Positions 24,386 through 36,842 of a stretch of 51,041 bases of DNA are shown here, one piece after another. This stretch comes from Octopus bimaculoides (taxonomy: Eukaryota): assembly GCF_001194135.2 (NCBI RefSeq), contig NC_068985.1, positions 20,803,987 through 20,855,027 on the forward strand. Direction: 5' to 3'. Under the pieces are notes generated by a model that made no database searches, was not told the DNA's origin, and saw only the letters and a program-made list of their open reading frames with translations. Position 1 is the first letter of the stretch; each line of letters begins with the position of its first letter. Both the position numbers and the translations under genes were made by a program.

Positions 24386-26139
24386 CATGTGCGTGTGTGT
24401 AAATATACTTAAACACACAAATACATATATATACGCACACACACACACATATATACACATACATATAAGTAGAATTTCATACACATGATATAGTGAGTCT
24501 GTGTGTGTGTATTTGTATAGCAATATAGAATACATAATTTCTGTATATACTGATATAAACATATATGTATGTGTGTGGATGCATACATATGTTTTTATGC
24601 AAACATGTTTCATAATGGGTCTCTATGTCTGATTTTGTGTTTGTTTTCCTCTATGTTCACATTATTTAGCATAATGCATGTTTGGTTTCAATTTTAGTTG
24701 GTCTTAGTCATTAACTCGTCATTGGCTGAACGCAATATTAGGTGGGCTGTATGTGAAGGTGAGAATGATTACATTAATATTTATATAAGTTTCCATATTT
24801 TTCTAATTACTCAGAAGATTTGCTTTACACATGTACAATTATTTAAAATAAAACAGCATATAAGAGATAGTAAATGTAATAGTTAAAACTTTCCATTGCT
24901 GAAAATACTTTAGTTATTTATATGAAAAATTACTCATGGTTGTTAAAGATAGAATATATAGAAAAATTGAAAACACCTTATCACACAGAACTCTGTAGGT
25001 CACCTACAGAGTTATGTGTAGCACCTGAGGAATTTTTGTGGGGAGTTTAATATCCCAACTTTTATAACATTCAGTCAAGTTTCTAGAACCTTCAGCAAAA
25101 TTATTTGGACAAAATCTTCACAAAATTTACTTTCAAGTTTACCAATTATTTGGTTATATGCCAGCGATCTGAATGGGTGAACCATGTTCACAGATTTTAA
25201 TACATTTTATGATGACAGTGTTAATTTCTTGTAACTGGCTTGTGCATTTTATAACAATATGGTTAGGTCATGGTTCTAAACTGGAGATCTGAGGAAGAAG
25301 CCTCATTGCTCTATAAACATTGACCATTGTCTATAAATAGTAACTTACTAAGTATGTAGCATTGTTTATTTTAAAGCCCAAGATACTCAAACTTTATCAC
25401 AATTTTTTCATTATTATCATCATTTAATGTTTGTTTCCCATACTGGCATTGGCTGGAGAGTATGACAGGATCTGATGAGCCTTAGTGAATTCCAGTATCA
25501 GCTTTGGCATGGTTTCTAGGGCTGGATGCCCTTCCTAACTTTACAGTGTGTACTGGATGCTTTTTTCAGGAAACTGGCACTTGTGGGATCACCAAGTAAC
25601 TTGCAAGACAAAAGAAGGCAAGTAAAAGTGATCTCAACTGAATGGGTGTTGAAAGGTTAAAGTATGATGAGGGGCAAGCACAGGTGTTTTTCTATAGTGG
25701 AGATGCATAGCTACACAGCATTATATAAAGGTGAGGGGAATAAGAGGAGAGAAGTTAAAGACAGTGGTGACAAGGTTGCCAGGGTCTGCTCTCAAGGAAC
25801 AAGAAAGAGAGTATCAGAGAGAAGAATATGGACAGATTGTCAGTGGGAAAGTAAGGAAAGTTGGGAGATGATATGCAGGTTGTGAGAAGAGGGGAGTGCA
25901 CAGTGACAGAGATGGTGGTCAGACATTCATGAATGTGGTTATTGAGTGGTGGTGTGACAGTGGTGTGGAGTGCATTGAGGGAAGATATAAGAGGATGTTG
26001 AGAATGATAGTAGATATGAGAGATGTTAAAGAAGGTATGGTAGACCTAAAATGTAACTTAGAGGAGAAGGAAAGATAACTGAAAGCGTAGAAATGGGGTG
26101 ATCAGTGGAAAATAGTGTGAGAAGCGATGAGAATGAGGT

Positions 26140-27200
26140 CACCTGGGTAACAGAAACAACTACCTCTAAGAAACCTCCTAGGCATATGTGGAAATCTAGT
26201 ATTGATGTGTCTTTAGTGGTCATTGCTCCTGTGCATTTTCCGCTTACAAAGACTAATTTCTCTGTTAGCCTTCCTGTGTTTCTACTACAAATTTCATGTG
26301 TCTTTAGCTTGTACACTGTTAGGGATTCCTGTCCATACCTTTCCTACATATTGAGCAGAGCAGTTTCCTGAAGGATGTGGTTGTCTGCTTTCTTCCTTAC
26401 TAGAACTTTGGTCTTTGCTAGGTTAACTTTACTAGAACTTTGATCTTTGCTAGGTTAACTTTAAGGCCCTTTAATTTCAGGTTTTACTTCCACACCTGAA
26501 ATTTCTTTTCTAATTCTACTACAGATTCTGATAAGAATGAGTTTGTCAATATATAGTAGTTTCTAAGGGCAGCTGGTCTTAAATTATTCTGTTATAGTCA
26601 GTAGGACAATGGTGAATCGGAAAGGACTGAGAACCAAGCCCTGAAAACAAATCTACCTGTACTCTAAATTCATCTCTGAATTCATAGCTAACCCTCATCT
26701 TACTGACTGCACCTTTGTACATGGCTTGTTTGGCTCTCACAAGCCATTTGTCTACCCCTGGTTTCCTTAGAATCCACCTGATCACCAAGTGAGGGACTCT
26801 ATCAAAAGCTTTCTCCAGCTTGATGAGTGTTAAATACAAGGGTATAATTTTAGCTACATACTTTTCCTGCAGCAGGAAGATGGCATCAATAGTACTTCTC
26901 CCCAGAACAAAATCAAACTGCATCTCTTCAAATCCAACTCTGTTTCTAATTAATTGGACTATTACTCTCTCTGTGACTTTCATGAACTGGACCAGTAATT
27001 TGATACCTCTGTAATTACTTTTATCTAAGGCATCTACTTTACCCTTGTAACAGCTGATTATAATGCTACTATACCAGTTATTAAGTATAATATCTTCCTG
27101 TACAACCTGATTTAACTATATGGGTGACTAAACCATATCACACTCTATCATATATTTTAAGCATTTCGGCAATGATGCGTGATGGACCAAGAGCATTCTT
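26140..27200 (-). pseudogene. RTE LINE reverse transcriptase fragment
   Basis: ORF 26579-26983 MKVTERVIVQLIRNRVGFEEMQFDFVLGRSTIDAIF...KLEKAFDRVPHLVIRWILRK matches the 6542-7200 copy. Internal 32-bp tandem duplication at about 26399-26462. Confidence 0.88.
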
Positions 27201-27373
27201 TGTCTTCATATCCTTAATTACTTTCAATTGTATTTCACAAATCTTACCTCCTCTTGTAATAAAGGAAATTCAATCTAATACAAGCAAGAAAAATAACCTT
27301 CACTCCCCCTTTATGTATTCTCTCTCTCAAACATACACACACATGTATGTATGGATGTTGATTGAGAAAAATT

Positions 27374-27430
<57 letters not shown>
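27374..27430. repeat. (GATA)n microsatellite
   Basis: Direct reading of the sequence. Confidence 0.95.
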
Positions 27431-28470
27431 ATAAGTTGATAGGTAAGTACATAGGTAGGTACATAGGGTTGGATGGATGGAGGGAGGTGCATGCATACTA
27501 ATGCACACACACACAAATAAACAATTTATTATGTAAATTACAGCCAACATGCCATCCTGATACCCTAGGTTTCTTAAAGGAAGAGCAGATTTGCCAACAT
27601 TCATTCTGTAAGCAAGAGGTCTGACTGAAGCCAAGCTATCTATGGTTGTATGCCAAAATGACTGGCAGACACACACACACACACACACACATTCATACAT
27701 GCATATATATATATATATATGTATGTATATATTTACATGTGTGTGTGTATATATATTTATATATTTGCCCCACTTGTTTTCTCTCGTTTGCTCTCTGTCT
27801 TACCATCTTTCTTGCCCATTTATATATTTTTTTTTTTAGTTCTTACTCTCTTCTCTCACCTCTCTATTATTCCTTGTTCAAAGACACTACCGGCCTATGA
27901 TTTCTCTGATGTCAACTGTTGGATGCCAACATCAGACTAGAATCTTATTACCTGAGGAGGTTGACTCACTTCTTTGTGTTATGGAATATCTATTCTATCT
28001 CATTAAGTGGTGTCAAATTAGCAAGTAAAACAGTGTGTCAGCTAAATAAATCCATTCTGTTTGCTTTGAAGTTTCTTGCAATTATTGACTAAACACGCTC
28101 ATATAACTTTCAGGTTGTTCTTTTTCTGTTTTTCAAATTCTGTTCCTTTCAATTTAATTCTGCTACACTACTACATCAAATAATTGAGTAATACACATAC
28201 CTAATGTATAACAAACTATTTACGTTTGCACATTAAATAATTATATTCATTATATGTTTACTGGTAGATTCTAAATGATTAAAGAGACATTGTTAAGGTT
28301 GTACAATTGAATCCCTATTACATAGATACATGAATACATATACATACATAATTACATACATATGGATGTGAAACAATTGGTTACTCTATGACCAGACATA
28401 TAAATACATTATTGCTCTATGCTTTACAGTGTGCTTCTTTTTCAGATATGTAATACACTGATGATATAGT

Positions 28471-28746
28471 GCCGCTGGACTGGCTCCTGTGCAGGTGGCA
28501 CATAAAATACACCATTTTGAGCATGGCCGTTGCCAGTACCACCTGACTGGCCTTCGTGCCGGTGGCACGTAAAAGCACCCACTACACTCTCAGAGTGGTT
28601 GGCGTTAGGAAGGACATCCAGCTGTAGAAACTCTGCCAAATCAGATTGGAGCCTGGTGTAGCCATCCGGTTCACCAGTCCTCAGTCAAATCGTCCAACCC
28701 ATGCTAGCTTGGAAAGCGGACATTAAACGATGATGATGATGATGAT
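28471..28746 (+). mobile_element. young RTE-tailed SINE
   Basis: gagtggttggcgttaggaaggacatccagctgtagaaac...cgtccaacccatgctagcttggaaagcggacattaaacgatgatgatgat; CpGs retained. Confidence 0.85.
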
Positions 28747-28771
28747 GTATATATATATATATATACACATG

Positions 28772-28804
<33 letters not shown>

Positions 28805-28805
28805 T

Positions 28806-28996
28806 TAAGTAAAAGAAAATACAGGCAGATCAGTTAATTATGATTTTATTCAACATATTCCCCTCTCAGATTCACACACTTATTGCAGCAGTCCTTCACT
28901 TTTTCTAAGTCCAGTAAAAGAACTCGAAAGATTGGGCCTCCAATCAGGCCTTTTGTGATGCCCTTAAAGCCAGGAACTTTCCAGCACCCCTTTATA
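28806..28996 (-). mobile_element. mariner-derived MITE (internally deleted)
   Basis: TIR-like gccaggaactttccagcacccct plus the transposase C-terminal remnant LEKVKDCCNKCVNLRGEYVE*. Confidence 0.75.
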
Positions 28997-29699
28997 TGTA
29001 TTATATATATATATATATAAACACACACACTCACACATTGAAGTTCATTTCTTTTGTGTAGGATAAGGGTTGTCGGGTGGTAAATAATATGATGTTTCTT
29101 GCAAGACTTGGATAGCAGTATCTCCATTCATTCCTACACTATCACAACTCAATATGTCGTTGACACTCAGAAACAGCATGGCACATTTGAAAATCCATTT
29201 AAAGATCAAGAGATTAAAGAGAAACTTTCAACATTATATTGGAATTGCTAAACAGATACCAGTATATAGGAATATGCTTAAATGTGTGTCTGTGTGTATG
29301 TAAGAGAGAAAGATATTAAATATTTTAATATCTTGCTTTGATGAACTTAGAAGATACTGCCTATGATCATACATGAATATATATATATATATATANNNNN
29401 NNNNNNNNNNNNNNNNNNNNNNNNNNNNNNNNNNNNNNNNNNNNNNNNNNNNNNNNNNNNNNNNNNNNNNNNNNNNNNNNNNNNNNNNNNNNNNNNNNNN
29501 NNNNNNNNNNNNNNNNNNNNNNNNNNNNNNNNNNNNNNNNNNNNNNNNNNNNNNNNNNNNNNNNNNNNNNNNNNNNNNNNNNNNNNNNNNNNNNNNNNNN
29601 NNNNNNNNNNNNNNNNNNNNNNNNNNNNNNNNNNNNNNNNNNNNNNNNNNNNNNNNNNNNNNNNNNNNNNNNNNNNNNNNNNNNNNNNNNTATATATAG

Positions 29700-30648
29700 G
29701 ATACTACAGCTCAGTATACAGGATACTACAGCTCAGCTTTCCATTGCGTTTCTGCTTCAAAGTTCTATGCAGTTCATCCAACAGCAACATGTAGTATTCT
29801 ACCTTGATGGTGCAACCCTTTGGCTGATATTTCATGAGCTGCACTCCATCTTTGTCAAAAGAACACTGAAACCAGAATATTTCCAGTTGATTTCTGGATC
29901 CAAAACTTCTTGGAATTCAGTAAACCACTGTGGTACCACTCCATCGATTGCTTTGCTGCTTGGTCTGGGTATCATAATGATGAGGCCAAATTTCATCCAT
30001 GGTGACTAAATACGCCATAAAATTAATCTTTCCCACCGTAAACTGGTCGAAAGTCGCCTTTGATGTTGTCATTCTGATGCACTTCTTATTTGTATTCAGG
30101 CATTTTGGCATCCATTTTGTGGAAAGCTTTCTTGTGTCCAGAATGTTGTGAATGATGTGGCCAAATCTTTATCAGGAAATCTCCAGAGTCTCAGCTATGA
30201 CTTTAGCTGCAATACAGCGGCCCTCAAAAACCATGATGTGCACAGTGTCAGCTTTGTCCTCAGTGGTCACAGAAGTTGGCCGTCCTGACAAGGTTTATCT
30301 GTGACCTCAAAATGACCAGTCCAAAACTCTGACACCCAGATTTTCACTGTGGAGTAAGATGGGTATCCATCCTTCAAGACTTCCTTCATCTCATTACGTA
30401 TTTCTGCTGCTCCTTTGCCTTGCAAAAGGGGAACTCCCTGACTGCCTGTGCTTCAATTTTACCAAAATCCACTGTAGGAGTTGCCATGTTGCATAAAATC
30501 TCCAAAAAACAGAGAAAGATATATTGCATACCATCATGATTTTTTGCATATCTTCTCCTAAATAGTTGTCCTATCTCCCCTGTAAAGGTAATAGCACTAC
30601 CTTCTCATGATACCCTTAAGGCCAGTAACTTTTCAGCACCCCCTTGTA
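29700..30648 (-). pseudogene. decayed mariner transposon
   Basis: LVTMDEIWPHHYDTQTKQQS matches the mariner first catalytic-Asp motif (VTxDExWxHHYDPETKQQS). The end at 30611-30648 is the reverse complement of TA-caagggggtgctgaaaagttactggcc. The other end is in a gap. Confidence 0.85.
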
Positions 30649-30684
30649 ATAATTATAATAATAATAATAATAATGATTTAAAGC

Positions 30685-30886
30685 TTTCGTACTAGGCCAG
30701 TAATTTCGGGGAAGGGGTCAAGTTGATTATATCAATACCAGTGCTCAACTGGTACTTATTTTATCAACCCCAAAATAATGAAAGGCAAAATCGACCCCAG
30801 CTGCATTTGAACTTCAAACGTATCGTCAAACGAAATACCACTAAGCATTTTTTCCAATGTGCTAACAATTCTGCCAGCTCATCACC

Positions 30887-30921
<35 letters not shown>

Positions 30922-31083
30922 CATTTCTGCTATAGGGACAAGGCCTGAAATTTAGATGAAGGGGACTAGTTGAATACATTGACTCCAGTGTTTCACTGGT
31001 ACTTAATTTATTGACCCCAAAAGGATGACAAGCAAAGTAGACCCCGGTGGAATTTGAACTCAGAATGTAAAGATGGATGAAAT
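30685..31083 (-). mobile_element. two adjacent reverse-oriented SINE copies (ctttcatcc...gataaa..agtaccag family)
   Basis: Both contain ctggtactta-ttttat-(t/c)gaccccaaaa..atga..a.gcaaa..cgacc, the reverse complement of the central domain at 48750-48810. Confidence 0.75.
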
Positions 31084-31155
31084 GTGTCTGTGGTCTAGTG
31101 ATTAGGATTCTTGGCTTTCACCTAGGCAGCCTGGGTTCAATCCCCAGCATGGGAA
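31084..31155 (+). pseudogene. tRNA-Glu(TTC)-derived sequence, broken acceptor stem, fused to a SINE tail
   Basis: tggtctagtgattaggatt-cttgg-ctTTCac-ctagg-cagc-ctggg-ttcaatc-cccag-catgggaa. The T-stem is perfect and the anticodon is TTC, but the 5' acceptor strand gtgtctg has 3 mismatches. Followed at 31171-31222 by ggtggtgctccagcatgaccacagcc...gtaaaagaata. Confidence 0.8.
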
Positions 31156-31218
31156 TGATCATCTCTTTACTGGTGGTGCTCCAGCATGACCACAGCCTTA
31201 GAGCTGAAATGTGTAAAA

Positions 31219-31251
<33 letters not shown>

Positions 31252-31291
31252 NNNNNNNNNNNNNNNNNNNNNNNNNNNNNNNNNNNNNNNN

Positions 31292-31332
<41 letters not shown>

Positions 31333-31399
31333 ATATGTATATATACACAGAGAGATAGAGAGAAAGAGAGATTTATAATTCATTTAGTGAGTGCCCTCT

Positions 31400-32060
31400 G
31401 GGGTGATTCAATTTTCGAGATGTTTTGTTTTGTATGGGGAGACCACAGGGGGAAGCAGTATTCGAGGTGTGGCCACACAAAGGAGAAAAGTAGAATGATG
31501 ACACCTTGTTCTCTGGACCAGAAAGTTCTTAAGATCCAGGAGCTCATCCTATGAGCTATATCGACCTTATTATTGATGTGGGCACTCCAACTGAGATTGT
31601 TGTCAACAATTACTTCTAGGTTTCCGATATTATTAGATGCTGTGAGCGTTTCCCCTGAAGGAAGAGAGTATGGCTATTTTTGGTATAGTCTTTCTTCCAA
31701 AGTGCATCAGCTCAAATTTTCCCTCGTTTAGTTGCATTTTGTTTTTGTCTGCCCTTTGACTCACTGCATGTAGATCAGACTGGAGTTGAGTTTGGTCTTC
31801 TTCATTGATGATTTGCTGGAGCTTAGTGTCATCAGCAAATATTTTCACTTTGCAGTGATTTACGATGTTGGAAAGGTCATTTATGTCGATTATAAAGAAG
31901 AGCAGGCCGAAGACAGTCCCCTGAGGGACACCACTGGTGACTTTTGTTGGACTTGAGTGGACTCCATCGACCACAACATGTTGTGTTCTATTCACCAGGA
32001 AATACTCAATCCAATGTAGAAGTTTGGCACAGATTTCAACATTTGCCAATGATAGACTCG
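31400..32060 (-). pseudogene. CR1/Jockey-group LINE reverse transcriptase fragment
   Basis: ORF 31633-32049: WIEYFLVNRTQHVVVDG...SGVPQGTVFGLLFFIIDINDL...KIFADDTKL...LQSDL...WA-like...MHFG (FADD motif). The downstream RPHLEY remnant is at about 31450-31480. Confidence 0.9.
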
Positions 32061-32193
32061 GTTATGTCAAGATGGACTTATGTATTCTTCCTCACATTTG
32101 GATTTTTATGTATTCTCTCTCCCACTTGGATTTGAAATGTTGCCACATTTATAATATGTCTTTTCTACAGTAATTTTCTTCATTTTCGTGCAG

Positions 32194-32223
32194 CTGAAGA
32201 TTGCTCTTCATATTGCATTTAAG
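32194..32223 (+). CDS. candidate coding microexon (LKIALHIAFK, phase 0-0) of an unrecognised gene
   Basis: aattttcttcattttcgtgcag|30 nt|gtaatg: strong acceptor and donor; only one of three frames is open. Confidence 0.4.
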
Positions 32224-33219
32224 GTAATGCTCGCATTACTTAAATAAATTGAAGTAGCATGAAACGTGTGTACTGCAATCACCTTTGAAATCCGTGTTGC
32301 TTATTTATATATATATATATACACACACATATATATGTATATATAAATAAATATATATGTATGTATACGCACACACACACTCACACACCCATGCACACAT
32401 GTCAACCTTTCTTCTTCCATTGTAATTTTTTTTTTTCCTTACCTATATCTCTATTTTGTTCATTTCACAGACAGGCCTTATCAGCCTTACTCGATCAATG
32501 CACAACTATACTATATCTTTCCCTAAATAACCACCATCATCATCTATCAAGTGAAACTTGTACTTACATCAGTAATGATGATATATGTGTTACTTATTCT
32601 TTTCTATCATCAATGACCTAGGTTCACTGGTAGTTACAGAACCACTGTCCTCCAATGATTCTTAATTATTATTGTCTTCTGGTAGTCTGTCACATACTGT
32701 TGTTAACTTTAAAAACAAGATACAATTATTATTACTATTCTTTATAACTTCTTTAGTTGTCAAAGAGTATACACCAATGTTATATTGAAAGCAAAATTGG
32801 AAATATAGTATTTACATGACTAGAAAATAACCGAATATCAAATTCCTAATTGGATATCAAAAACTATAGATATCAGATTCCTGTCAGGACTAGAGCAGAT
32901 ATAAACCATTAGTGTATTTTAGTGTAATTTTTTTGTAGCACTAGAACTATCTCTCAGTCAACGCAATAATGTTCTATAGATATTCCAGCAATGTAGAAAT
33001 TAATTCCAAAAGAAAATAGATTAAAGAAGTTTTGCATTCCATCTGGTAATGAAATAAGTCAACATCAAAGTCTTGTTTCAGTATTTAGAATTACAATGAA
33101 GTGTTTAGAAAAACAAAAGCTTAAGTGTTTTGAATATAAATTGTAAGGGGTTTAGTTTGAATTACGCATGTGGCTTTGGTCAGATTTCAAAATATGCTGT
33201 ATTTTGAGAACATTTTTTT

Positions 33220-33520
33220 TTTTGCCACATAAAAAAAGCACCCATGCTGGTATCGCATGAAAAGTACCCATGCCAGCGTTACTTAAGAGCATCTGTGCTG
33301 ATGTCATTTAAAAATTACCCATGCTGATATGTAATAGCACTGGTTCTAGTACAACATAAAAAGTACCCACTACATTTAAAATGTTTGACATTAAGAAGGA
33401 CATCCAATCATAGAAGCCATGCCAAAACAGACAATTGGAGCCTAGTACAGCTCTCCAGTTGGCCAGCTCCATTCAAATCATCCAACCCATGCCAGCAAGG
33501 AAAATAGACATTAAATGGTG
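33220..33520 (+). mobile_element. older RTE-tailed SINE with degenerate internal tandem units
   Basis: Repeated gccacataaaaaagcacccatgctg-like units followed by the shared tail. Confidence 0.7.
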
Positions 33521-33829
33521 AATCAGAAATGTTGTGTGAGTTGATGAGATTTCCTTAATTTCTAAAAATACTATATTTTAATTTAAGCCCCAAATATAAG
33601 AGAATATAATATTCTGGACTATGAACCTCTGAAAGTATATTTACAATATTTACACCTAGACTCCATTTCTATCTGTTCAATCTCCGATTGATTTAACTCC
33701 TGATTGACTCCAGATGTCGTATTACTGGATATATATATATATGTGTGTGTGACTACAGACTGGATTTGAACTAGAAACTTATATTTCTCAATGAAGGCTA
33801 TGTACATAAATCAAGAGTTTAGTGGGTGA

Positions 33830-34070
33830 AGATACTGGTTTCAAATTTTGGCACAAGACCAACAATTCTAGGGAAGGGGCTAAGTCAATTACATCGACCT
33901 CCCCACCCACTCCATCCTCAATGCTCAACTATACTTATTTCATCAACCCTGAAAGAATGAAAAGCAAAGTTGACCTTGGTAGAATTTGAACTCAGACGGT
34001 CAAGATGGGTGAAATGCCACTCAGCATTTTGCCTGACGTGCTAACGATTCTGCCAGCTCACCACCTTAAT
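33830..34070 (-). mobile_element. reverse-oriented SINE (same family as 48660-48880)
   Basis: acttatttcatcaaccctgaaagaatgaaaagcaaagttgacc...ctaacgattctgccagctcaccacct. Confidence 0.75.
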
Positions 34071-35302
34071 GAATGAAGCTATTGCTGACCTTACTTTAGA
34101 GATAAAGGTTCCTAGTTTGAATCCATTCTGGGGTCATTTGTATAGCCAGGAATACCTGACACTTTTATTATGTATTCCTATGTTTAAAAAGTAGTGCATT
34201 AATAATCAAAGTAGCATTAAAGTTTTAGACTCAGAAACATAAAGTTCCAAATTCTATACTGCTAACGTACTTGTATGTGATATTTTCTTAAAGTAATTAG
34301 AATTAAAAAGAAAAACATAGAATATTCAGAATCTCTGTTATATAATGCCACTGCAGCATTGATATCAAATATATTGAATTATATAGTAATAGTAGTGTTA
34401 TTATGATTGTCTCTTATGTACATTTGTTAATGTACATTGGGGGATACCATACATGTGTGTGTGTGTGCGTGCGCGTGCGTGCGCACGCATGCAAAAATGG
34501 CTATTTTAGAGTTGTGCTACTATTGAGTGATGTCATTATAAAATGGTGCCACAGTTGTGATATTAGTATACAGTGATGTCATTGTTGAAGGATTCTACTC
34601 TCGAGATACGTTGGTAGTATTCCACTGTAGTAGTATTTTAGAGGATTACTACTACAGAAGACTGCTACTGAGGTATAATTCTAGATAATGTTGGTAGCAA
34701 CCAAATGACTGTCTGCTAAAAGAACTCTACCAATCAATGAGAATCAGAAAAAATGCAATGTTGCAAAATATATTTAGTATTTGAGAATGACTGAATATCT
34801 TCTGATATTGCTGATGGCAGAGAATAGCCTAATTACCATGGTGTGGGAAACCCTATAGCAATGTGATTCAACATCATGACATAGGAGTACACTATATAAT
34901 CATATAACACCATAAGACAGGATCAATTCATAACTTGTTTGAGGCTACAAAACCCTATAAAAATAGATACGGGAATACTGTATACACCTATCGTGTTATA
35001 CAGGGCATTCATGCATTCTTGTAGCACCATGTTATAGACATACAATGTGTCACCAACATATTTGAATATCTTGTAATGTTGCTGATGTATTTATGGATGT
35101 AATATACTAGAATTTTCCTTCCATGTAGTTTATAGATTGATAAATTAACAATAAAGGATGCATTAAAATTATTGGCTTGTCTATAAACTATATTTTGGAA
35201 AAATTCTTTGATGTAATTTATTTATCGATAGAATAATTATTCAGATAATCCTTTATTGTTCATAGTTTTTTATACACCAAATAGATTTTTGTAATTCTAT
35301 AG

Positions 35303-35315
35303 CTATCTGAGAAAG
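35303..35315 (+). CDS. candidate 13-nt microexon (LSEK, phase 0-1)
   Basis: gatttttgtaattctatag|CTATCTGAGAAAG|gtaaac. It supplies the phase shift needed between 32194-32223 and 36806-36842. A chance match cannot be excluded. Confidence 0.25.
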
Positions 35316-36805
35316 GTAAACTTCCATAGCATTTGTAGGCCCTTCTAGATTAGTGAGGCTGGACAGTTGACATTGAACTCAAACTTTTATAAGTTGAATG
35401 ATGCCTGTGAGGAAACTGTGGACAAACAGACAATTCCTGAGGGTTACTGTTCTAAGGAATAAGAATAAGAACTGAAATAAAGTTGGGATGAAAAGAAGAG
35501 TTAGATGTTTTGGAGGGGCTTGAGGCAGAAATAGTATGAGGAAATAGTTTGCAGTTTAGAAAATAAGAATCCATTATAGAAGCAGCAGAAGAGATAAAGA
35601 GAAGATTAAGTCCAGAGATTATGATGTATTAGTGAGTTAAAGTTTTGCCAAACAGTTGGATGACATTTTTTTTTTAAATGTGGTCTATGATTTGTGCAGC
35701 ATTGTAATATGATTAATACTTGAGCTTTTAAAGAGGAACAACTGATCAGGGCTGGAATATTTCTGGCCTTGAAAGAAGATGCTTTTAGCTGAATTTTGTT
35801 CATATTCAGAGATGAGTATTGTGCAAGATTTCTACCTTTAAATATGCTCCAGTCAGCTTACAGACTTAAAGGGTAGTAGTTGTGTATGCTGTAGGAACGT
35901 GTGGAATGGAGTGTCTTGGTTAGATAGTGGTTAAACAATCTAATATTGGTCAAAACAGAAAAGACTGTGTTCAGAAGAAACAAAGAAACCAAGATTGTTC
36001 AGAGAGGGTGAGTGATGTGTCAAGCAATAATGCAGGCAACTGAAGATACTAAGAGATGCAGGCAGTCAAGGATATCAAAGAAATCAACCCTACCATAATA
36101 GTGTTGGTTTACCAGTATAAGATTGTCAAGAAGAGTTATGCACATTAAAATTATTGCAGATTAGGATTTAAGAGAAGTGCTATAATATTACTATACTAAA
36201 TGAAGAGATAATCAAAGAAATGAGAGATAATCAAAGAAATGAGAGATAATCAAACAACTATTGGCTTAAGGAATTCAGCAAACAGTAAAAAGAATATTTG
36301 GGTTTAGAGGAATGGAGAAGTTTTTGTTGTTAATACCCTGCTGGCTGGACAATATCCTTAGCCATTTCTCATGAATTCAGAGCCCTTTACTCTCTGACAA
36401 TTTTACCACTAATACCTTTGACTGTCATTGCTACTCTCCAAGAGGTTTATTAGAGCAACTGTGTTATGCTTTAACTAGGATCTGATGTGATTCTTGTAAT
36501 AGAGTGAATTCTATTGAAAGCACACTCCTATGAGCCAAGTATCTTTTTTTTATATAGTAACTGGCTTATTAATCCTACTAACGAACTAACATTTGTGAGA
36601 AGTTAGATGAGATAACATAAAATTTTATATCAGTCAAGCCTGTGCAGTCCATGCCTATCTTACCAGATTAATGAATTTAAAATTAAGTGAGAAGCTATTA
36701 ATCATTTTTAGTCAGATTAAGAATTCATAAATCACAAGCTCAGAATCTAGTTAGTTATTCTCTTAGCCATTCAATTTCTCACAAAATCTTTTTGTTTCAT
36801 TCTAG

Positions 36806-36842
36806 ATGTAAATTATGAGAGCATGGATGCCAGAACCAACAG
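36806..36842 (+). CDS. candidate coding exon (DVNYESMDARTN-R, phase 1-2)
   Basis: tctttttgtttcattctag|37 nt|gttaat; open only in phase 1. The internal ATG (AGCATGG) could alternatively be the start codon. Confidence 0.5.

Noticed and set aside
25620-26130. Purine-rich stretch with ORFs 25664-25885 and 25896-26078
   Set aside because: Probably a degraded retroelement on the minus strand; no motif could be read, so it is not annotated.
31084-31155. Functional tRNA-Glu gene
   Set aside because: The acceptor stem is broken, CpG-type decay is present, there is no oligo-T terminator and it is fused to a SINE tail.
32471-32640. Strong acceptor ttgttcatttcacag near 32470
   Set aside because: Two frames stop within about 60 nt and the third has no convincing donor.
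36205-36254. 19-bp tandem duplication (similar short ones at about 1130, 14240 and 29698)
   Set aside because: Ordinary slippage duplications with no further structure.
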